Shown here piece after piece: positions 13,931 through 24,600 of a DNA stretch of 64,000 nt. Below the pieces are notes generated by a model. It did no database searches. It was not told the DNA's origin and saw nothing but the letters and a program-made list of their open reading frames with translations. A program made the position numbers and the translations under genes. The stretch lies in the NCBI GenBank assembly GCA_012295275.1, contig CM022665.1, positions 23,994,001 to 24,058,000 of the forward strand, given 5' to 3'. Numbering within the stretch: position 1 is the first letter of the stretch; each line of letters starts with the position of its first letter. The stretch is from Chrysomallon squamiferum (lineage: Eukaryota; Animalia; Mollusca).

Positions 13931-16066
13931 AATAAAATACAGAAAATTACCGTTACATGTTGTCAACAAGCATATTACACAGATTGCCTGATCCACATTC
14001 TGACATTTCGTATAATACTAAACAATCATTTTCAGTCATTTCATAACACAAAATGACTGGTGGTCACAGGCATTACGTGAAAAGACTGAATATTTCGGGC
14101 AGTTCACGTAATGACTGGTTTCGCAGACTGACTTAGTATAAATAATGATATAGCAGATTCTTATCATGATGATGATGATCATGATTATAATTATAATAAT
14201 TATTATTATTTAAATTATGTCGTATCCAATAACCGTGCCCCTCAGCCAGTCCTGTACCAGTTTAAAACCAACGCCGGTCTACACTTACAAGTCACTGAAC
14301 TGTCACGAATCTCTTTGGGGAAAACGACGAACTCATAACTTTTATTACTGAAATTATTTTTGGAAAACCAGATGTGTTTCTTTGATCGACTAGGGAATTC
14401 CATGCCAGACAGTGAAACTAACATCTGCTTGAGCTACCTGCATAAATCTGTACTTAATAACTCCGCTAAAACATATATACTCATCAACCTGACAAACACA
14501 TGGATAAAAAACAAACAAAAAAACAACTAATTCTACCAACGTACAGAAATGACTGAGCTAATTCCACTAAAATGCAAACGTCCAGAATTAAATCACATCA
14601 AAGAACTGAAGGCAATATTTGCTTGCCCGAAGGCTACATGCTCTAAGCATACACAGAGAAGTACTGTGAAAAGATAAATGCCATTAATCAGCCGATATGA
14701 ACAGATGAGCTAAAAAAAAAAAAAGGTTATTAAAGCCAGTCAGTCACGTTATTTGTACATTAAGAAAATGAGACAGAATATGAAGTGAAAATTTTAATTT
14801 TAAAGTTAAATGGGAAATGAAAGGAATATTTATTTAATGATTATTAGTTTTTAGACATATCTTTGTTCTGATATTTGGTTTAGAGTGAAGGTGTACATTA
14901 AGAAAAATGGAATGAAATTATATTTATTTTAATTAGTAATTATATCTGACCGTGACCGATGGGAAACAATCCATGACAAAAGATATTCCTCAAGATAACT
15001 TTACTTCTTATAGAATTCCTCTAATTTAAATAGACATTATTTTTATTTCAAATATTTATCTCCATATCTAAAATGGTTACTGCATTATAAATGATATGAC
15101 TGCCTTTATATTATTATAATGAAATATGTTTTAAGCAAAGTAACTTTTTTTTTAAACTATGCTCTTACAAACTGTTACTGTTGTTCATTAATTATTAATG
15201 AAGCACTACTAATGATATATCAAAAGTCTGTGACTTGTTTTTAAGTTTTTTCAATGATTAATAGATTAATAATTGGTCATACAACACCTACGGAGACTCT
15301 CATTGTGTCTTTCTTGGAGTACCGTTGAAGACGTCTTTGGTGATCATGATATATATGACAGCTGTTGTGCCTACATCATTGCAGTTAAAATTATACTAAG
15401 GATAATTTTATTAGCCAAATCGTAGTACACTGGAACTACTATAGTGTTCTTATCGTTTTACAAGGACAATTTGATAATGTCTACCAAAGTTATTAATTAA
15501 ATTTGAAATCGATTGGTCAACTACCATCTGTATAATATTTCAGTATCCAATAACGTCATTCCATTTCAGATTGTTTATTCATCATTAACAATTCCATTGG
15601 TAACATGCAACAAGGTTTTTGAAACATTTCACCTTTATTGCTGTGGTACATAATAAAAATTGTGTTTTTTAGGATTATTTTAAAGATTATCACTGTTTAC
15701 TTGATTTACTTAAACATTTAGTTTGACTACTTCAGTCAACTATGAAAACACTTAAAGCTCACTTGGTTCTCAGAGCAGTTTACGAATACTCACAGAAAAT
15801 TCTTATTCAAGAGAGATAACTCCAAATAGAACAAAGCAAAAAGGTAGTCACAAGTCTTTAATGAATGAACAAACATTAAACAACGTATCAATACAGTTTA
15901 ATGTTACAGTTATTTGGCATACTTTTAGTAAACGGGGATATTTTATACTTTTAACACAGACCTGCAATTTTTCCAAACCAGTTATTTGTCTAATAATATG
16001 TATGTATGTACATCGATTTGTTTTTGCAATACATCTTTCATCTTTCTCTCTCTCTCTCGATATATA

Positions 16067-16597
16067 GGGGAGATCGGGGCAGGTTGGGACACGTTTCGGC
16101 ATTTTAACCTCTAATTCAAATACAGATTGGAAAAGAAACCTTACAGTAGTTTAAAAGAAACTTTCATTATTTAGGAGCAATTACAAATGCTTGAAATTTG
16201 TTGTTCTCTCTTAATAATTAATGGTTAAAGACACATACCGAAACTGGCCGAACTTACCAAATTTGGAAGCCAATACGCGACGTTGTTTTTCCTCCTCTGT
16301 TTTTGTATTTGCCATGTTTTAACATTCTCTACAGCGCATTTCAAGATATCTATTGACACTTGTCTTCGATCGCCCTTCTTATGTTATATTCTTACCACCT
16401 GTTAATAAATATATAAATAAATTTAATTTTTTTTTTTTTTTTTTTTTTTTAAATTTCGAGATGACTATTTCATTGTTATCAGAAAATGAATTACTAAAGC
16501 TATACAAGAAAACTGATTTATAATAAAACACACATTTAATTGTATACTCTGGGACAGGCTGGGGTGTGGCTAGACCTACCCCGATCCGATCTTCCCC
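16067..16597. mobile_element. Tc1/mariner-pogo type MITE, ~530 bp
   Basis: Left end TA|GGGGAGATCGGGGCAGGTTGGGACA. Right end AGACCTACCCCGATCCGATCTTCCCC is a degenerate inverted copy with a small duplication. Confidence 0.6.
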
Positions 16598-17487
16598 AGA
16601 CAGTGTATTTTCATTTTATTTTGAATTGTTCGTTGGTGACCAGCAGTTGCCAGCTCGTTCAAATATAATCATATTTCTAAGTGTTTTCAGAATTCCACAT
16701 AAAGTAAATAACCTTTAGTTATACGTAAGAAGCTGAATGTTGCAAAAACAATACTTACAATGCCAAATCAGAGAGCATCTCTTGGACAGCTTGAAAACTC
16801 GCGCGTATCAAGTAGCATTATGACGTCAGCGGCAGATCTGGTTAATCAAAAACAATAAGTGGATAAAAAACGGAAAGAAAATAATTACAACACATTTACT
16901 TGTCAGGCGGCCTAACCTGCGCCGTTGCTTAGCCTACCCCTGTTTCTCTTGCCTTCTTATCGTCGAGTAATTTCTATCCAGCTTCAAAACCGTATGTATT
17001 AAAAATATCCTAATATGCTATAATAATAAATAATTGTCCGTACTGTTTTGGGCCGGAAGTATTTCGGATTTTGTAATACAAAAGGATATAACTAGAGAAG
17101 GTGATTCAAGTCTAAATTCAAATCCCATCAATATTTCAGATACAGATAATCTGCAAGGTTGTTGTTGTTCGTTTTGTTTTCTTTTTTGTTTGTTTGTTTG
17201 TTTGTTTAGATTGTTTGTCTTTAACAATTTCGTTCTTGAAATAAGGTTTGTTTTTGCTAAATCATCAGAAAACTGTATTCCGCTACTTGCAAAATGTTTC
17301 GGAAGTTTAGATATAGAAGTGATCCTCAACGCATATATAGACATATTAGAACCCGAATAACGAAGTAACTCATCAAACGTAACTGGTATTATATACAGTT
17401 CATAACAGGAATAAAATCGTACCTGCCAGTCTAAAAGATTCACTAACTGAGGAGAAAACATAATAAAACATGTTTTTTTTTTTTTTT

Positions 17488-17536
<49 letters not shown>

Positions 17537-17659
17537 CAACGGTAATGACGTTGAAGAAGGCGATGATGATGTTGACATTATTACTATTATTATTATTATT
17601 ATTTTAGTTGTTAAAGGAATTTTTTATTTTATTATATTTTTTTTTTTTCGTGTTATTTT

Positions 17660-17799
17660 GATATCGATAAAGTTTTGCTGTTATATGTGTTTTAGATAGT
17701 AGTTTCCATTACTTCGCACTTTTCAAGATGGCGACCAACAATATATACAACGGATTTACGCTTTAAGCAATACTTTTTAAGTTAGCATTATTAGTAAGT
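17660..17799 (+). promoter_or_regulatory. Putative HHAT promoter and non-coding first exon
   Basis: DRE palindrome TATCGATA at 17662-17669, YY1-type CAAGATGGCG at 17724-17733, donor gtaagt at 17794. An acceptor (tcattctcag, ending 18630) lies just upstream of the HHAT ATG. Confidence 0.5.
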
Positions 17800-18657
17800 A
17801 TATTATACAAATATTTTCTATCGACTTTGTTAGAACATAGTATTTTATGTTTTTCGCCTACAAAAGAAACTTTTGTGTTTTATGTTTAAGTAGAAAAACA
17901 GGTGGGGGAACGATCGGAACTCTTTTCAACTTTTGGGAAATATCTCAATTACATAAATTGACAAAATGTATAATGGCAACATTTTTACATTCAGTATTGA
18001 GTTCAGTTCTTGCATCTTGTATGTATCAGATGCCCAACAAATGTATCTTGATCAAAAACTATCCAAATTCCAAGTCTATTCTGACTGTCAAAAGACAGAC
18101 GTGATCCATGAAAAGGAGAGGATCAGAGAGGAAATTGTTTCAGCTATAAATTATAGTATAATAATCACAAAATAACATGATATAATGCTTCATTAATGTT
18201 CCCACGTTCAAGTTTTCTGGATTTATTTTTCTTCCCTTCCTCCTTTTTCAAGGCATTTTAATTAGCTGCACAGCATCATTTGTCTTACAGCTACTGCTCT
18301 ATTATATATATATATGCATGTATCATAATTATGATATGCAGACTGCAGCTTTTTGTTATATTTAATCAGTTTAGTATATTTTACATTTGTATATATCCTA
18401 TTTTAAAATGTAGAATTCAGCAATATCAAGATGAAAATTACAAGTAATAATTTTTGTTTAAAACATTTATATTAAATTTTGCTGTTATTTTTATGTATTG
18501 AATTGAGTTTCCAGTTTCCTAAGTGGATTCATTTTTTTTTTTTAAATTTATATATTTTAGAAAAAGACCAGTTTAACAAAGGATACTACTTTCCTTAAGA
18601 AAAATGTCTTTTTGTGTTTTTCATTCTCAGTGAATATTATTGGTGTAATTAAGAAAA

Positions 18658-21600
18658 ATGTCTGATGATGGGAGGGGCGACGAAGGTCAAGATATCAAGA
18701 AGCAGCATGGGATGTTCACCAATTTCCATAATGTCCGTCTTCCTTTGCCAGAACACATCTTTTATGCAGGAATTGGTATTGGAAGCCTCATGTATGCATT
18801 GTACTCTGTCTTTAAGGATTCAAATGGTTGGTTTGTAATATAGTAATACAGTGATAATATAGACTAAGGATCCTTACCTGAAATGCTTGGGACTGGAAGA
18901 ATGTTGTTTTTTGGAATGTAAGAATGTAACCAGAGGATAGGGTTTAAGTCTAAACACAAATTCCTTAAATTATATTTCAGATACAGCTTATAGTTTGCAG
19001 GATTTTTTATATAATATTTTTAATAATATTTTGTATGTGAAATAAAGTTTGTGTATTCTAAGCCATTTGGAAACTGTAAGATATCACTATTTTGGCTGCT
19101 TGTAAAAACTTAAAGTTTTGGAATTTTTCAGTTTCCAAATTTCAGATAAAGGATCCTCAGCCTATGTTAATTTTACATTACAGCTAGAGTTAGAAATGCT
19201 TTTAATTTATGTATGTGTATTTGCTAGGATGAATTTACATATGAATGAACATCATAATGTCATTAACCATTATTTTATTGTTCATTTTTTTTTTTTTTTT
19301 TTACATGAAAAAAAGGACATCTTTTAATTTTATCTTTTTCTAATACATATTTGGGTCAAACATCTGTTGTAAGAACAGAATACACTGAATGTTTTATTGC
19401 ATAATTAACTCAGAAAGAATACCGTTCTCTGTTCATATTTTATTTGTTACTTCAATAGACTAATACTGTTGATTAAATTGGATGTTATTGTATGTCTTTT
19501 GAAGTTAAATTTTAGAAGTGAAATTTTCATTAACTTTTTGTATCATTAACTGTAATATATACAGGATTAATATTTATTTATTATTACAGCATACATGGTC
19601 ATTTTGAATACATACGATTTTGAAGATGGATGGAAATCACTTGGCCACAAGAAGGTATATATAGGCAGACATATATATATACACAAGCACACACAAATAT
19701 ATATTATTAGAGAAACAATTGAGAAGGGATTGGTGAATACTCATTTGCCTTCATATATTTGGTGCACATACTTAAAAAAACAGCTTAATATATGTGAAGT
19801 ATTTAATTATTTTATTTTTAATTGCACAGGATATTTCTGACTTCGAATGGACTTTCTGGTATGGTTATTTTTGGAAGTTGCTTCCATGGCATCTTGGTCA
19901 TGTTACAATAAGCATAGCTTTGGAACTGGAATTTCAAAAGGTACATTTTTCAAAATTGCTGTTAATTGTTTTATTGTTATTGTTATTGTTATTGTTGTTA
20001 TTAGTATTATTATTAGTAGTAGTATTAGTATTAGTATTATTATTATTTCTAATAGATACTGAGAAATTTTAGCCTTATATCCACTCTTACTGCTGTATTT
20101 TATAACAGTAAATATTATGGACCTGAATGTGAAGGAATTTTTAATGCTGCTGTTATTATTTGTGGAGTGCATGCATATGCACATACCTGTATGTGTTAAT
20201 GAAACATCAGTAGAGATGTTTAAACAAGTTATGTGTGTGACAAAGTTTGCCGATTCTGTAGACTATCTTTTCTTAAGGAGAAATGAAACAAATACAGTGT
20301 ATTAATAATACTACTTCAAGAGTAAATCAAGGTGTGTTTGCAGTGAAGAAATTTGAATTAGTAGATATGATTTAAAAAATATATATATTTTTCAATGACA
20401 TTAAAAAATACACAAGATGTAATATTAGACTGCTTTATAGTGGGTACTGGCACCATGCTGCACAGCTGCCCAGAAGACCTCAATTGGTTGGAAATTGCTC
20501 TCTTTTCCCAGGTCAGCACAGATACACTTTTGTTCAGTTGAGCATGCAATATACACCAAAAAAAGAGCAACATTTACTCTTTCCAATGCTCTGTTTGTTT
20601 TTGTTTTGATGAAAATGTTCAAATTTTTGTTATTAATTTATGCCATTTCATGCACTAAGACAATGTGGCATACCTTCCTGTGTGTCGGAAAAGACACATG
20701 GTTTTGTTTCTATCCTCCCACGTTTTCCCCAGTCACACAAATAATCTCATCTGAAAGTGCATGGATTTCCCTTCAAAACTATGTTTTTCTTTTTTAAATT
20801 GAACAAAAGTTTGTTCTGGAATTTTGGAAAACAAATTTTGGAACTGAAAATTCTAATTTGTTTTTGGTGAAAAAATCACCAGTCAAGTATAATTTCTGAA
20901 ACAAGCAATTTCTGCACTTTCTAACGGACATGGAGATTATTATGACGATGTCATGGTGAAAATGACAGTCAGTCTTGGTTAGAAATTAACTTCGACATCG
21001 ATCTGCATTTTCATAAGCAAGTGGATGGAAATGGGTTGTGGAAGAAACTACAAATGACAAACATGTATTAAGAGAGCTACTTTGAAAATAATAGAATGAC
21101 GTTATATATGAATAGCAAAGATAAAAAAAATCAGAGTTCCTGAAATAAAAAAAAAATACTCATATTGAGTTCACTGTGTTGTGGGTTTTGATCACTATGA
21201 ATTTTAACATTAGTTTATTTTTGGTCTACATTTCAGTGCATCTTTTTGTACATAAATATTTATATCTGTAAAAAATAATAATAATAATTGTAATTTTTCT
21301 TTATTCTTTTTCAGTCATGGAAATATGTTTACCTAACATACTCATTACTTTGCGTCAGTTTTTTAATGAACTGGAGAACTGTCCTGTTCTACATTGGCTA
21401 TTGTTGCTTGATATACTGTACCTCCATGATTAATGTCGCAGCTGTTTGGCTAGCAAATCTGTCTCTGCTTGCCACCATGGATTTTGACTACTCTATGTCT
21501 TTTATGGTAAATTATGAATTTACTTAAATAATATTTACATGTAACTCTTGACTCATACTCTGCTGTTTTTTTTTGTTTTTTTTAAATGTTATTATTTTTG

Positions 21601-24600
21601 TTAAATATTTTTTTTTTTTTTTTATCATTGTTATTATTATTTGAAAATAAATCTTTATATTATCATTGTTTAGATAATTTAATAATTTCAGTTACAGATA
21701 TTTAAATAGCTATTGAACATTAAGCATGACCATAACTAGACTCTTTTTGAAATGAAGCAAAAACACTTAATCACCGAATGGAGCAGGACATAAATTTGGG
21801 TGAGGTGTCTGCAGGCCACCTAAGGCCTGCTGGAGCTCTGCCTTGAAAGATGCAAATGGTAACCGTAGATATAAACGAATTCATTCGGTGGATATCGTTT
21901 CGGTTGGAATAGAGGTTTATATTTCATATTTCTAAAATAAAATTTTAAAATAAATTAAAAAAACCCAATATCATCAATTTCGGTATCGAGCATTTGCCTC
22001 ATTGTAGTTACATGTAAAGCTTGTCAGCCATTCCCATTGTTCAGCACATTAGGCAACTAATTGATTAGCTATTTATAATACAGATTGTGGTGAAAAATGC
22101 CTGCAAAATACATGCAATCCGTCATATCTGACCTATTGTATTAACCAAATATCCTAGTCTGTTGTTCACAGTGAGCAGTAATATGCATTAAGTACCACTA
22201 AATATGTATAGCAGTGTTTGGGGTTTATTTTTTCAAGTGATAAATTTTGACATTCATTTTTAGACATCACTGTGTGCCATTCCTGATAAACCCCAAGGAG
22301 GACCTCTCTACCTTTTTCTGTTTGTTTTGGCTCTGGTGAATCTTCGATCCACAAGCTTCTGTCTGGAAAAATGCAGTCATATAAAGAGCACCAAAAAGAC
22401 ACACGATGACTTTGGCATGTTGGACCTGCTGATGTACACCTTTTATCTTCCTTTGTTTTTCACTGGACCAACAATAACATATGACAAGTTTGTTATTCAA
22501 GTAAGTTGCCTAAACTGACATTGTAGCTCATTTTAATATTTTATATGATAGCTGCTTGGAATTCCTGAAATACTCCAGTTTTAGACCAAACCTATTATTT
22601 TCTGGAAAAACAAAGTTATCTAAGGAAATTCAGAAATATTTCATGGAAAAAAATATATATAAATAAAAAGTTGAAAGTATGCTGAATATATATAGATGCA
22701 AGAGAAGGCAGGTTTTAAAAAAGTTTTACTAACATTAAAAATAAAATGTAATTTAATCAGACAGAACATGACAGTTGTATGATTTGTTATTTCTGATAGC
22801 TATAAGTCAAAACATTAAAGTATTATTAAATAATATCTTTTTTTTCCTTTCTTTTTTATTCCAGATTAATAAGTGTCAGCAAAAATGGACATGGAACAAA
22901 CTGTATCCAATTTTGAAAAATACTGTTCGAGTTTTATTTTGGGCAGTGTTTATTGAATTCATCCTTCACTACATGTATTTCAGTGCCATGATGCACAATG
23001 TCTCTTTGTTGAAGAACATATCACCATGGACAATTGCTGGCATTGGTTATAGCATCGGTCAGTTCTTCATGGTCAAATATGTTGTTTTGTATGGTCTTCC
23101 TTCCCAGGTAGCCCGTCTTAATCATCTTGACCCTCCACGATGGCCAAAATGCATTTCTTATATTATACGGTACTCAGAAATGTGGAAGTAAGTACATGTA
23201 ATATTGATAGGTAATGTGTGTGTGTGTAGCTGAACACAATTACAGTCAAACAAATTAGATTGATGTGTCTTATGTTTTGTTTTTTCAGTAACATTACATT
23301 ATTTACGATAATGCATGGATTTCCATAAAGGTGCTAGAAATGTTTGCATTATTTAATTATTATTATTAATAGTTACTATTTTAAACATTTAGAAATCTTT
23401 AATTATTTCATGGTTTATATTACTGCACTCACAGAAAATATTCTGATTACTGCTCAAAATCAATTTTCAAATCACATCTTCTGGATTCTGTTAATTGGAT
23501 CTATCAAATGTTTTGGAAGTCATTATCTGACTAGATAAATTTAAACTTAATAATGTATGTTTTTTAAAAATGAAAAAAGCAAAACATTTTTGATATTTAT
23601 TTCAGATTCTTTGACAGAGGCTTGTATGACTTTCTCAAAAGGTAAACATTTACAGCTAATATGTATTTTAATCAAATATTACTGACCTGTATTAAATTTA
23701 TTAATTTGATTTTATGTCTACATGTATAGACACTTAGATAGATAGATAGACTGATAGATAGATAGCTGTTTGTATACACATACATACAGACACACATACA
23801 CTGTATAGCATTATGCACACAGACAAGATGTTTTGTTGTATTCTAACTGTAATTCTCTGATTACAGTGCAGACAGGCCTAAAGCTCATATGATCAGTTCT
23901 TTATATATTCCATCCCCTAACTCCATGACTGGTACATATCAAAGGCTATATCATAATTGTTTTATCCTTTGGAGGGTCCAAGGAAAAATCCATTGCAGCT
24001 AATTGATAAGAGCAGTTGGTAGAATGACAGAAACAGGTTCTTATTTTACATCATAGTTATATGAAACGTCGGACATCTTATGTGTTTTAATGACAGTGAA
24101 CAAGTAAACTAAATGGTAGAATGCTGTCCTGATAAGTCTTCCATGTAAAACAATTATTCATTCATTCATTTCTTCATTTCATTCATTAAAAACCAGTCAA
24201 TTTATTAGCTTTATGTTTGTTTTGTATTTTAAATTAAGTACGTAACTTCTGTAATGAGAAGTTTCTGATAAAATACTCGGTTTTACTAAATTTCAGATAC
24301 ATATATATTCCACTTGGTGGTTCACAGGGCAGTATGCTGCACAGACTGGCAGGTTCTCTTGCATGTTTTATGTTCATCTACTTGTGGCATGGCATCAGAT
24401 ATCACATTTTCATTTGGAGTGTAATAAACTTCGTAGGCTGTGCATTAGAATGGTTTGCTGTGTGGTTGGAACAGACTGGACCGATAGTAAAACTGGAGGT
24501 AAACAGATTATTGTTTTATAACATGGTTTTTAGTACAGATGACAAAGTCAATTTTACAGTGTTCATTGTAAATTCTTAGAGAATATGGTAACAAAATAAT

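Noticed and set aside
17018-17578. 186-aa minus-strand ORF
   Set aside because: It spans (TAA)n, poly-T and (TTTG)n repeats, has no recognisable motif and lies in a promoter region.
18673-18681. RGD in the HHAT N-terminal extension
   Set aside because: HHAT is an ER membrane enzyme, so an integrin-ligand role is implausible.
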